Below are positions 40,897 through 49,538 of a DNA stretch of 64,000 nucleotides, piece by piece. The translations under genes were made by a program, and so were the position numbers. Within the stretch, counting starts at the first letter, position 1. Each line of letters opens with the position of its first letter. A model generated the notes under the pieces. That model was not told the DNA's origin. It did no database searches and was given only the letters and a program-made list of their open reading frames with translations. The DNA comes from Alphaproteobacteria bacterium (lineage in GTDB: Bacteria; Pseudomonadota; Alphaproteobacteria; UBA6615): NCBI GenBank assembly GCA_965261585.1, contig CBDHDN010000064.1:51824-115823 (forward strand), read 5' to 3'.

Positions 40897-41258
40897 ATGT
40901 CTGGAAACGTCCACTACCTCCATCCACGTCCGAAATCGATAGCGCAGTGCTTGCGGGTTGGCTCAACAGGCCATCGTCAGCTTGAGCACCTGCTTTACAC
41001 CGGCAAGCTGACCCCGAAACGCTTCGTGGTCGACGCCGCCAGCTACGACAAGCAAGTCGACCTCATTAAGGCGCTTCAGGAAGCAGGAGCCGAGATCGTC
41101 CTGGACACGAATGCGGCCGAGTTGAGCACGATCGGGCGGTTTCAGGGCGCCTCCAAAGGCGCGCCGTGGGCAAACCCCGAACGCCCCCTGGACGAAGAGG
41201 ATTTCTTCGCCGGCACAAATCGTAGCGTGATCGAACCAATCGCCCGCTTTGCTGTCGC
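40897..41258 (+). pseudogene. Hypothetical protein (about 450 aa when reconstructed), segment 1 of 3
   Basis: MSGNVHYLHPRPKS...IEPIARFAVA. The same reading frame resumes at 42671. Confidence 0.5.
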
Positions 41259-42670
41259 TGTAGCGCACCCGGTTCCTTGGACACAAGTTTGTCTCACGCG
41301 GCGGGCCTGATTGAGATCGCGGCGTGCCACGCCTGACGAGCTTGAGCGGGGCTCAGGTAGCCGTTCTTTTCGACGATCCACTGGGCATTGTAGAGTTCGA
41401 CGAAGTCGCGGACGGCGTCCCGCAGCTCCGCGATGTTGCGGTAGATGCGACCATGGATGATCTGTTCCTTCAGCGTGCGATTGAACCGCTCGGCGACGCC
41501 GTTGGTCTGGGGCTCGGCGACGAAGGCGTAGGACGGCTGGATGCCCCAGAACTTGATCTGATTGGTGAAGTGGTCCGACAGATACTGGGAGCCGTGATCC
41601 ATCCGCAAGGCCAGCCCCCGAGCCGCGCCGGCCGCGGTCGAGCCATACAGCCCGGCAAGCCCCATGGAGATCGGCTGCAGGGCGGCGAAGCGGTCGCCGC
41701 GCTTGCAGACATGCCAGCCGACACACTCGGCGTTCCAATGCTCGACGGCGGTGAAGATCCAGCCCCAGCCGTCGTCCACCGTGAACACCCGAACGCCATC
41801 GGTGCCCCACATGAGGTTCGGGGCATGAGTGATGATCTCACCGTCATGGGGATTGCCGCCACGGCGGCGGCAGCGATGGGGCGAGAGCAGATTGTTCTCG
41901 CGCATCAGGCGGAGCACCCGCTTGCGGGCAACCCGGATGTCGCGACAGACCCGAAGCCGAGCCCAGACCTTGCGGTAGCCCTCGCCCTCCCAGGGCGATG
42001 CCTCCAGGTCGGCTTCGATCGCCACCAGCAGCGCCTGGTCCGAGATCGCGGGCTTCGGTCCCCGACGCTTTGCCGGCGGCTGCTCGGCGTGCTGGCCGGA
42101 GGTCATGGCGTAGAACGAGGAGCGGGCCATGCCCCAGGCGGCGCAGACCCGCCGCAGGCCGTAGGCCAGACCCGTGCCGGGCGAGGTGGCGGCACTCCGC
42201 CGCGACCTCCGCCGCCCCAAAGGGCCGAAGGTCTCCGTCTTGGCCTCCAGCAGTTCCACCTGCATGGTCAACTCTCCGATCCGCTTCATGGCGCTATCCA
42301 GTTCCGCCTGCACCGGATCGCCCTTGCGTTGCTTGAGCGAGGCGTCGATCCCGCCGATCGCTTTCTCACGCCACTGCTCGAGCCGGAAGATCTCTACGCC
42401 CAACTGGCGCGACAGAAGTTGCACCGGCTCGTCACGCAAAAGCCGCAGAACGACCTCACGCTTGCGCGCCACCGTCCATCGCTGGCCAAGTCCCAGCGGG
42501 CCTGCCGGCAAAGCCTGGCCTGGGGAAAACGTGGACGAGCCAAGCTCGCCCGCATTTACCACAGGCCCATCAACAGCAACTTTCTTCTCAAAATTATCGG
42601 TCATGTTCCGGTCCTCCTTGGACACTTCGGTTAAGCCAATTCTGTGTCCAAGGAAAACGGGTCCGACTCA
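41259..42670 (-). mobile_element. ISx copy 2 (reverse orientation)
   Basis: Ends TGTAGCGCACCCGG... and ...CGGGTCCGACTCA. 14-bp direct repeat cgctttgctgtcgc at 41245-41258 and 42671-42684. Confidence 0.8.
41294..42604 (-). CDS. ISx OrfA-OrfB fusion transposase (436 aa) created by a 2-nt deletion
   Basis: Other copies read ...gcggcgATGAgtgcc; this copy reads ...gcggcgGAgtgcc. That removes the orfA stop and puts OrfB in frame: ...GRRRSRRSAATSPGTG... Confidence 0.7.
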   Translation of the reverse strand: MTDNFEKKVAVDGPVVNAGELGSSTFSPGQALPAGPLGLGQRWTVARKREVVLRLLRDEPVQLLSRQLGVEIFRLEQWREKAIGGIDASLKQRKGDPVQAELDSAMKRIGELTMQVELLEAKTETFGPLGRRRSRRSAATSPGTGLAYGLRRVCAAWGMARSSFYAMTSGQHAEQPPAKRRGPKPAISDQALLVAIEADLEASPWEGEGYRKVWARLRVCRDIRVARKRVLRLMRENNLLSPHRCRRRGGNPHDGEIITHAPNLMWGTDGVRVFTVDDGWGWIFTAVEHWNAECVGWHVCKRGDRFAALQPISMGLAGLYGSTAAGAARGLALRMDHGSQYLSDHFTNQIKFWGIQPSYAFVAEPQTNGVAERFNRTLKEQIIHGRIYRNIAELRDAVRDFVELYNAQWIVEKNGYLSPAQARQAWHAAISIRPAA

Positions 42671-43182
42671 CGCTTTGCTGTCGCGCGGGGTGTCAATGCT
42701 GTTCTGGCTCCAACGCATTTCATCACTGCAGCGCGAAGGTCCTGGCTTGAGGTTGATGTTGAGGCCTGCGCGGCGCTTAGGGAGGCGCTTGATCGAGAGG
42801 GCGGTTCGCACATTGCAATCGATTATGCCCTCGTGACGACATACTCCCTGCTACGTGATCCAATCGCCCGCAATCAGTTCCTCGCGCGGATGCGAGGCCT
42901 GCCATTCGAAAATCTTTGGCTGCGGATTTCAGGTCATGGTGCGGACGCTACCCCTACGGGCATTCGGCGGTACATTGCGGCATCCTTGGATTTTCACCAC
43001 CTCGGCAAGCCCATTGTCGCCGATCACGTCGGCGGGTTCGCGGCGCTTGCGTTTGTAGCGTTCGGTGCAGGAAGCGGATTTGCACACGGTGCCGGCGGAA
43101 AAGAGCGTTTTGATGCCGGAGATTGGAATAAGCCCAGGACAAGTGCGGGCGGCAACGGTGAGAAGCGCATCTACATGATGGG
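42671..43182 (+). pseudogene. Hypothetical protein, segment 2 of 3
   Basis: RFAVARGVNAVLAPTHF...GEKRIYMMG. Continues in frame at 44597. Confidence 0.5.
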
Positions 43183-43248
43183 TGAGTCGGACCCGATTTC
43201 CTTGGACACAGAATTGGCTTAATCGAAGTGTCCAAGGAGGACCGGAAC

Positions 43249-43659
43249 ATGACCGATAATTTTGAGAAGAAAGTTGCTGTTGATGGGCCTGTGGTAAATG
43301 CGGGCGAGCTTGGCTCGTCCACGTTTTCCCCAGGCCAGGCTTTGCCGGCAGGCCCGCTGGGACTTGGCCAGCGATGGACGGTGGCGCGCAAGCGTGAGGT
43401 CGTTCTGCGGCTTTTGCGTGACGAGCCGGTGCAACTTCTGTCGCGCCAGTTGGGCGTAGAGATCTTCCGGCTCGAGCAGTGGCGTGAGAAAGCGATCGGC
43501 GGGATCGACGCCTCGCTCAAGCAACGCAAGGGCGATCCGGTGCAGGCGGAACTGGATAGCGCCATGAAGCGGATCGGAGAGTTGACCATGCAGGTGGAAC
43601 TGCTGGAGGCCAAGACGGAGACCTTCGGCCCTTTGGGGCGGCGGAGGTCGCGGCGATGA
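43249..43659 (+). CDS. ISx OrfA
   Basis: AAGGAGG RBS. Slippery heptamer C CCT TTG at 43629-43635 in the zero frame. Confidence 0.65.
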   Translation: MTDNFEKKVAVDGPVVNAGELGSSTFSPGQALPAGPLGLGQRWTVARKREVVLRLLRDEPVQLLSRQLGVEIFRLEQWREKAIGGIDASLKQRKGDPVQAELDSAMKRIGELTMQVELLEAKTETFGPLGRRRSRR

Positions 43660-44561
43660 GTGCCGCCACCTCGCCCGGCACGGGTCTGGCCTACGGCCTG
43701 CGGCGGGTCTGCGCCGCCTGGGGCATGGCCCGCTCCTCGTTCTACGCCATGACCTCCGGCCAGCACGCCGAGCAGCCGCCGGCAAAGCGTCGGGGACCGA
43801 AGCCCGCGATCTCGGACCAGGCGCTGCTGGTGGCGATCGAAGCCGACCTGGAGGCATCGCCCTGGGAGGGCGAGGGCTACCGCAAGGTCTGGGCTCGGCT
43901 TCGGGTCTGTCGCGACATCCGGGTTGCCCGCAAGCGGGTGCTCCGCCTGATGCGCGAGAACAATCTGCTCTCGCCCCATCGCTGCCGCCGCCGTGGCGGC
44001 AATCCCCATGACGGTGAGATCATCACTCATGCCCCGAACCTCATGTGGGGCACCGATGGCGTTCGGGTGTTCACGGTGGACGACGGCTGGGGCTGGATCT
44101 TCACCGCCGTCGAGCATTGGAACGCCGAGTGTGTCGGCTGGCATGTCTGCAAGCGCGGCGACCGCTTCGCCGCCCTGCAGCCGATCTCCATGGGGCTTGC
44201 CGGGCTGTATGGCTCGACCGCGGCCGGCGCGGCTCGGGGGCTGGCCTTGCGGATGGATCACGGCTCCCAGTATCTGTCGGACCACTTCACCAACCAGATC
44301 AAGTTCTGGGGCATCCAGCCGTCCTACGCCTTCGTCGCCGAGCCCCAGACCAACGGCGTCGCCGAGCGGTTCAATCGCACGCTGAAGGAACAGATCATCC
44401 ATGGTCGCATCTACCGCAACATCGCGGAGCTGCGGGACGCCGTCCGCGACTTCGTCGAACTCTACAATGCCCAGTGGATCGTCGAAAAGAACGGCTACCT
44501 GAGCCCCGCTCAAGCTCGTCAGGCGTGGCACGCCGCGATCTCAATCAGGCCCGCCGCGTGA
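43656..44561 (+). CDS. ISx OrfB (rve integrase core, 301 aa)
   Basis: ...WGTDGVRVFTVDDGWGWIFTAVEHWNAECVGWHV...AERFNRTLKEQIIHGRIYRNIAELRDAVRDFVELYNAQW... Confidence 0.7.
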   Translation: MSAATSPGTGLAYGLRRVCAAWGMARSSFYAMTSGQHAEQPPAKRRGPKPAISDQALLVAIEADLEASPWEGEGYRKVWARLRVCRDIRVARKRVLRLMRENNLLSPHRCRRRGGNPHDGEIITHAPNLMWGTDGVRVFTVDDGWGWIFTAVEHWNAECVGWHVCKRGDRFAALQPISMGLAGLYGSTAAGAARGLALRMDHGSQYLSDHFTNQIKFWGIQPSYAFVAEPQTNGVAERFNRTLKEQIIHGRIYRNIAELRDAVRDFVELYNAQWIVEKNGYLSPAQARQAWHAAISIRPAA

Positions 44562-44596
44562 GACAAACTTGTGTCCAAGGAACCGGGTGCGCTACA

Positions 44597-45050
44597 CATC
44601 TACATGATGGGGCTCGATCGGCAGGTCGGCGTCGGGGCAGTGCGTTCACTGTTCAATAGTGCTCGCAGTGCTCGATCGATACTTGGGTGTAGCGATCATG
44701 CTTGCTGCGGGGATGTCGAAGCGATGCTCAGGAATCCGGAGGCGCACCAACTCAAACAGCGCGACATGCAGATGCGCGATCTCGCACAGACGCCCGAGAC
44801 TCAGCGGCCGGGCCGGTTCTTGAACGAACACTTGGCCAAGGCTGATCGCGTGGCGAAGAGGGCCGCCAAAATGAAGAGTGGCGATAAGGACTTGTTGAAG
44901 ATCTTCACAAGAGCACGCGACCGGCTCGACAAAATGCACGACGGACTTGTTAATCTTCGTGAAACTCTTGGCGACCCGCCGCATCCACCGGAGTGTCTCA
45001 CGCGCAGGCGTCCGCAGTCTCAGTCCGGTCATGTGCGTCGCAGACCATGA
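44597..45050 (+). pseudogene. Hypothetical protein, segment 3 of 3 (C-terminus)
   Basis: LDRQVGVGAVRSLF...SQSGHVRRRP. The stop overlaps the Xre antitoxin ATG (ATGA). Confidence 0.45.
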
Positions 45051-45403
45051 GTGCAGTCGCAGAGAAACCTACGGCCGTCGCGAGACTCGTAAGCGACTTG
45101 AAGAGGTATGGCGGCCTGAGCGGGAGAGACATCGCAAATATCGTTGACGTGTCACCCCCGACCGTCTCCCGTTGGGGCAAAGGTGTTGGTGCGCCGTCGA
45201 TCCATAAGCAGGCCGTCATCGCGGAACTCCGCTGGGTCGCCGAGCGCCTGTCTGACTTTTACACGCCGGAGGAGACGCGTCTTTGGCTACATTCCGCACA
45301 CCCGCTTCTGAACGGCGAGCGAGCCATTGACCTTATTAATGAGGGTCGCACGAGCGAAGTGCTGGAGGTCATCGAGCAACTCGATAGCGGGGCGTATCTT
45401 TAA
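45047..45403 (+). CDS. Xre-like antitoxin of RES-Xre toxin-antitoxin pair (ParS/MbcA-like, DUF2384)
   Basis: ...GGLSGRDIANIVDVSPPTVSRWGKGVGAPSIHKQAVIAELRWVAERLSDFYTPEETRLWLHSAHPLLNGERAIDLINEGRTSEVLEVIEQLDSGAYL. Confidence 0.65.
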   Translation: MSAVAEKPTAVARLVSDLKRYGGLSGRDIANIVDVSPPTVSRWGKGVGAPSIHKQAVIAELRWVAERLSDFYTPEETRLWLHSAHPLLNGERAIDLINEGRTSEVLEVIEQLDSGAYL

Positions 45404-45450
45404 CAATGATTGGAGTGTAGCGCACCCGGTTCCTTGGACACAAGTTTGTC

Positions 45451-46356
45451 TCACGCGGCGGGCCTGATTGGGATCGCGGCGTGCCACGCCTGACGAGCTT
45501 GAGCGGGGCTCAGGTAGCCGTTTTTTTCGCCGATCCACTGGGCATTGTAGAGTTCGACGAGGTCGCGGACGGCGTCCCGCGGCTCCGCGATGTTGCGGTA
45601 GATGCGACCATGGATGATCTGTTCCTTCAGCGTGCGATTGAACCGCTCGGCGACGCCGTTGGTCTGGGGCTCGGCGACGAAGGCGTAGGACGGCTGGATG
45701 CCCCAGAACTTGGTCTGGTTGGTGAAGTGGTCCGACAGATACTGGGAGCCGTGATCCATCCGCAAGGCCAGCCCCCGAGCCGCGCCGGCCGCGGTCGAGC
45801 CATACAGCCCGGCAAGCCCCATGGAGATCGGCTGCAGGGCGGCGAAGCGGTCGCCGCGCTTGCAGACATGCCCGCCGACACACTCGGCGTTCCAATGCTC
45901 GACGGCGGTGAAGATCCAGCCCCAGCCGTCGTCCACCGTGAACACCCGAACGCCATCGGTGCCCCACATGAGGTTCGGGGCATGAGTGATGATCTCACCG
46001 TCATGGGGATTGCCGCCACGGCGGCGGCAGCGATGGGGCGAGAGCAGATTGTTCTCGCGCATCAGGCGGAGCACCCGCTTGCGGGCAACCCGGATGTCGC
46101 GACAGACCCGAAGCCGAGCCCAGACCTTGCGGTAGCCCTCGCCCTCCCTGGGCGATGCCTCCAGGTCGGCTTCGATCGCCACCAGCAGCGCCTGGTCCGA
46201 GATCGCGGGCTTCGGTCCCCGACGCTTTGCCGGCGGCTGCTCGGCGTGCTGGCCGGAGGTCATGGCGTAGAACGAGGAGCGGGCCATGCCCCAGGCGGCG
46301 CAGACCCGCCGCAGGCCGTAGGCCAGACCCGTGCCGGGCGAGGTGGCGGCACTCAT
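45451..46356 (-). CDS. ISx OrfB
   Basis: 301 aa, W->R, W->G and other substitutions relative to copy 3. Confidence 0.65.
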   Translation of the reverse strand: MSAATSPGTGLAYGLRRVCAAWGMARSSFYAMTSGQHAEQPPAKRRGPKPAISDQALLVAIEADLEASPREGEGYRKVWARLRVCRDIRVARKRVLRLMRENNLLSPHRCRRRGGNPHDGEIITHAPNLMWGTDGVRVFTVDDGWGWIFTAVEHWNAECVGGHVCKRGDRFAALQPISMGLAGLYGSTAAGAARGLALRMDHGSQYLSDHFTNQTKFWGIQPSYAFVAEPQTNGVAERFNRTLKEQIIHGRIYRNIAEPRDAVRDLVELYNAQWIGEKNGYLSPAQARQAWHAAIPIRPAA

Positions 46357-46760
46357 CGCCGCGACCTCCGCCGCCCCAAAGGGCCGAAGGTCTCCGTCTT
46401 GGCCTCCAGCAGTTCCACCTGCATGGTCAACTCTCCGATCCGCTTCATGGCGCTATCCAGTTCCGCCTGCACCGGATCGCCCTTGCGTTGCTTGAGCGAG
46501 GCGTCGATCCCGCCGATCGCTTTCTCACGCCACTGCTCGAGCCGGAAGATCTCTACGCCCAACTGGCGCGACAGAAGTTGCACCGGCTCGCGCAAAAGCC
46601 GCAGAACGACCTCACGCTTGCGCGCCACCGTCCATCGCTGGCCAAGTCCCAGCGGGCCTGCCGGCAAAGCCTGGCCTGGGGAAAACGTGGACGAGCCAAG
46701 TTCGCCCGCATTTACCACAGGCCCATCAACAGCAACTTTCTTCTCAAAATTATCGGTCAT
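46353..46760 (-). CDS. ISx OrfA
   Basis: 135 aa; LLRDEPVQ becomes LLREPVQ. Confidence 0.6.
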   Translation of the reverse strand: MTDNFEKKVAVDGPVVNAGELGSSTFSPGQALPAGPLGLGQRWTVARKREVVLRLLREPVQLLSRQLGVEIFRLEQWREKAIGGIDASLKQRKGDPVQAELDSAMKRIGELTMQVELLEAKTETFGPLGRRRSRR

Positions 46761-46830
46761 GTTCCGGTCCTCCTTGGACACTTCGATTAAGCCAATTCTG
46801 TGTCCAAGGAAATCGGGTCCGACTCAAACA

Positions 46831-47382
46831 ATGATTGGAGGGCGTCGGCCGCGGGACCATCGCTTGCTCGACGCCCTTGGCGCGCTGGAGCCGGAGCCGT
46901 TCGGGGGTGCTGTGTGGCGCGCGCTGCGAGAAGGCCGACAGCCCCTAGAGGGATCACGCGCGCGCGGCCGCTGGAGTCCCGGGCATTTCGATGTCCTCTA
47001 CACGTCGCTCGAGCCGGACGGTGCCCGCGCCGAGATCTATTTTCACCTATCTCGTCAACCTGTCTTCCCGTCCCAGCTTCGATACTGGTTGTACGAGCTA
47101 AAGGTAAGAACCAGGGAGACTCTGCACCTTGCCAATATGGCGGCGCTGCTGCGTCTCGGGGTCGAAGAGGCGCGGTATCGTGAGATTCTCTACGACCGCA
47201 CGCAGGCCATTAGCGACGCTGCGCGGTTTATGGGTTTCGACGGTCTGATCGTGCCGAACGCGCGCTGGGATTGCCTCAATCTCGTGCTCTTCGACGACAA
47301 GCTGAATCTAGATGAAATCCAGCTTAAGAAGAGGTCGAAAATCGACTGGGTCGAATGGCGCAACAAGCTCGCTGGACGGTAA
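46831..47382 (+). CDS. RES-domain toxin (ParT/MbcT-like)
   Basis: ...RGRWSPGHFDVLYTSLEPDGARAEIYFHLSRQP... (R...E...S motif). Confidence 0.7.
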   Translation: MIGGRRPRDHRLLDALGALEPEPFGGAVWRALREGRQPLEGSRARGRWSPGHFDVLYTSLEPDGARAEIYFHLSRQPVFPSQLRYWLYELKVRTRETLHLANMAALLRLGVEEARYREILYDRTQAISDAARFMGFDGLIVPNARWDCLNLVLFDDKLNLDEIQLKKRSKIDWVEWRNKLAGR

Positions 47383-47408
47383 CCTCGCCGGATAATGCGG
47401 GCGTGGCG

Positions 47409-47549
47409 GCTTAGTCGTCCGGCAGGATCGTCACGTCGAAGCGGACGCGCTGATCGGCGCCCATCAGACCGGAGAAGACGAGGCGCTGGGCCGGGGCCTT
47501 CTCGCCGAAGCCGGGCGAGTACCAGCCGCGCGGCGGGCGCTCGGCACCT
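47409..47549 (-). pseudogene. Heparinase II/III-like protein, C-terminal tail separated from its gene by the IS1-family element
   Basis: Reverse translation ...EGAERPPRGWYSPGFGEKAPAQRLVFSGLMGADQRVRFDVTILPDD* continues the frame of 50442-52270 once one TSD copy is removed. Confidence 0.55.
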
Positions 47550-47608
47550 TCCTGGATGGTAGTGCATCATTTTGAAATCTAACCTGTCGTGCCAGCCTCG
47601 CATCCTAT

Positions 47609-47866
47609 ATGCTTAGCGCAAAGCAACGCGAGGTACTCATGCGAAAGAGCAAGCTGGGCAACAGCATCTATTTCGAGGTAGGCGTCTGGTACAACGAGAC
47701 AACGGGGAGCATTCACATGACGACGAAGGACGCCCCCGGTTTCCATACGACCGTGCGCCAGGACCCCAAGCTCAAAAGGTGGCACCCGAACCTGTTCAAG
47801 AAGTTAGCCAAATGCCTTCGCGACAACGGCGCTCCCGCGCCACTAGAGGCGAAATCCGATGCCTAA
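47609..47866 (+). CDS. Hypothetical small protein (passenger)
   Basis: 85 aa, ...IYFEVGVWYNETTGSIHMTTKDAPGFHTTV.... No family recognised. Confidence 0.35.
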   Translation: MLSAKQREVLMRKSKLGNSIYFEVGVWYNETTGSIHMTTKDAPGFHTTVRQDPKLKRWHPNLFKKLAKCLRDNGAPAPLEAKSDA

Positions 47867-48092
47867 AGGACCACAAGGCCAGAAGCGCCCCCGCGATGTC
47901 GTCTCGAACGCCGTCAAGGTCATGCGGATCGCCACCGGCGAGGAAGAGGAAGAGTACGAGGACGACGGCAAGGACCCAGCCGCGAAGGCGCTGGGCGCGA
48001 AGGGCGGGAAAGCTCGCTCAGAGAAGATGACGCCAGAGCGCCGTACTGAGATTGCTAGGAAAGCTGCTGCGGCTCGTTGGAGGGGTCGTTAG
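47859..48092 (+). CDS. Hypothetical small charged protein (passenger); acidic patch then basic KGGKA...AAAARW tail
   Basis: 77 aa, EEEEEYEDDGKD...GAKGGKARSEKMTPERRTEIARKAAAARWRGR. Start overlaps the preceding ORF. Confidence 0.35.
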   Translation: MPKGPQGQKRPRDVVSNAVKVMRIATGEEEEEYEDDGKDPAAKALGAKGGKARSEKMTPERRTEIARKAAAARWRGR

Positions 48093-48930
48093 ACTTCCCT
48101 ACAAGTTTTTTACGCGCTCGTTCCCGCTTTCGGACCTCTTTGATTGGTTCAGCGAGCGGCAAGTCCTCTGGCAATGTCCCGCGTTGCTCGGTTATCACGC
48201 GCCTTACATCAGCCGCGACCGCCTTGTTTCGGTCGATGGCCTCTGCCTCACCCTGAATGGTTTCCTTCTTGATGACCTCAGCGGCGAGGTTCATCTGAAA
48301 GTCATTGGCTGATAATTCCATGGGACCGGCCCGGTCGTAGATTTTCTCTTTCTCGCTGAGTCCCTTCTTTCGCTTCACGTCGCGAAGTCTCATACCGTAG
48401 AGGCCTTGATAGCGTGCATCATGAAAGACGCCCTGCTTTTGACTTGAAACTCCGGCTCCCTGAGCTACGCCACTCACCAGCCGGTGCGATTGCGCTACCT
48501 TCTCGCGAAGCTCCAGGCGCTTCTCGTCCTTAGCTTGCTCGTCCTCAATCTCCATGCGGCGCGTCTGTACGACGAAGTAGGCCTGTCCAGCGGCAATCTC
48601 GGGTTTCGACGGATCGCCGTTCAGGACGATCAGGGAGCAGGCGGCGCGAGACAGAAAATAGTCGTCTTGCCGCCGCTTCGCATCACTTCCAACCTCTACC
48701 ATTTTGTGGGTCAGCACAATATGGTGTGATGGGTCAACGTCGTTTCCGGTGAGCGCACGGCATGCTCGCACTATAACCGCATCAAACTCGCGCCACGTGG
48801 GATAACCGAGTATTGGGTGGATTTCTCGCGCCATCCAGTACTCCACACCGTCTGCCGATTGGTGCATGCGCTCTTGCAGATCCTCGATAGTGCGCCGATA
48901 CCTCGGCGTCACGGTCAGATCATTTGCCAT
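48055..48930 (-). CDS. dinD: DNA-damage-inducible protein D homologue (DinD family)
   Basis: ...GSDAKRRQDDYFLSRAACSLIVLNGDPSKPEIAAGQAYFVVQTRRMEI...YQGLYGMRLRDVKRKKGLSEKEKIYDRAGPMELSANDFQ... aligns with E. coli DinD motifs. Confidence 0.7.
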   Translation of the reverse strand: MANDLTVTPRYRRTIEDLQERMHQSADGVEYWMAREIHPILGYPTWREFDAVIVRACRALTGNDVDPSHHIVLTHKMVEVGSDAKRRQDDYFLSRAACSLIVLNGDPSKPEIAAGQAYFVVQTRRMEIEDEQAKDEKRLELREKVAQSHRLVSGVAQGAGVSSQKQGVFHDARYQGLYGMRLRDVKRKKGLSEKEKIYDRAGPMELSANDFQMNLAAEVIKKETIQGEAEAIDRNKAVAADVRRVITEQRGTLPEDLPLAEPIKEVRKRERARKKLVGKSNDPSNEPQQLS

Positions 48931-48996
48931 GGAACTTGCCGTTTCCCCATCACTGTGTCACATCGCGTACACTACATCCCATCGGGAGTCCATACC

Positions 48997-49494
48997 ATGA
49001 GCGAACGCCAGAAAGTTGAAGACCGATTGGGCAAAAAAGAGCGGGAAATCATAGGCTTAGATGAGAAAATCAAAGCTGCGCACGTGTATGTGCAAGCTTT
49101 GCGAGATGTTCTCAAGATGATGAGCACTGATGACGCCGCCGCTCCAGCTGTCCTTCGTAGCGGCAGCGCCGTGGCGAAGGCGAGGGAAGAGATCATGCGG
49201 CAAGGGATTCCGGTCCATATCTCTGATCTACTGAAGGCGCTGGGGAAAGACCCGACGCGCGAGCACCGTGCTTCTTTGACAAGTTCGCTGTCCGCGTATG
49301 TAAGAAGTGGTGAAATTTTCACAAGGCCAGAGCCCAACACATTCGGGCTTGTTGAACTGGGCCAAACGGAGAAGGCAGAGGAGGTGCCCATACCCCCAAG
49401 GGGTTTCGGCAAAGATGATGCGCCTCCTTCGGAATCTGGTGATCGTGAGCACGCTGACCCCTTTGATGAGGAGAGTGACGAGACACCATTTTAA
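48997..49494 (+). CDS. Hypothetical protein (passenger), divergent from dinD
   Basis: 165 aa, coiled-coil N-terminus, acidic C-terminus. No family recognised. Confidence 0.4.
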   Translation: MSERQKVEDRLGKKEREIIGLDEKIKAAHVYVQALRDVLKMMSTDDAAAPAVLRSGSAVAKAREEIMRQGIPVHISDLLKALGKDPTREHRASLTSSLSAYVRSGEIFTRPEPNTFGLVELGQTEKAEEVPIPPRGFGKDDAPPSESGDREHADPFDEESDETPF

Positions 49495-49538
49495 TTTGCC
49501 ATATTGACCTTGACGCTAAGCATTATAAGTCATATATT

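Larger units (their letters stand above)
43183..44596 (+). mobile_element. ISx copy 3 (forward, intact reference copy)
   Basis: 1414 bp, ends TGAGTCGG... and ...GCGCTACA. 15-bp direct repeat catctacatgatggg at 43168-43182 and 44597-44611. Confidence 0.8.
45416..46826 (-). mobile_element. ISx copy 4 (reverse orientation, most divergent copy)
   Basis: 14-bp direct repeat aacaatgattggag at 45402-45415 and 46827-46840; the repeat contains the RES start codon. OrfA has a one-codon deletion and OrfB several substitutions. Confidence 0.8.

Noticed and set aside
41245-46840. Possibility that the 14-15 bp repeats flanking ISx copies are coincidental host repeats rather than target duplications
   Set aside because: Three independent copies each have a different but perfectly duplicated flank. 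Removing one copy of the repeat restores a continuous reading frame or gene junction each time.
48931-48996. Possible LexA (SOS) box in the dinD promoter (cactgtgtcacatcgcgtacactac)
   Set aside because: No exact match to the CTGT-N8-ACAG or GAAC-N7-GAAC consensus. Left as an open question rather than an annotated site.
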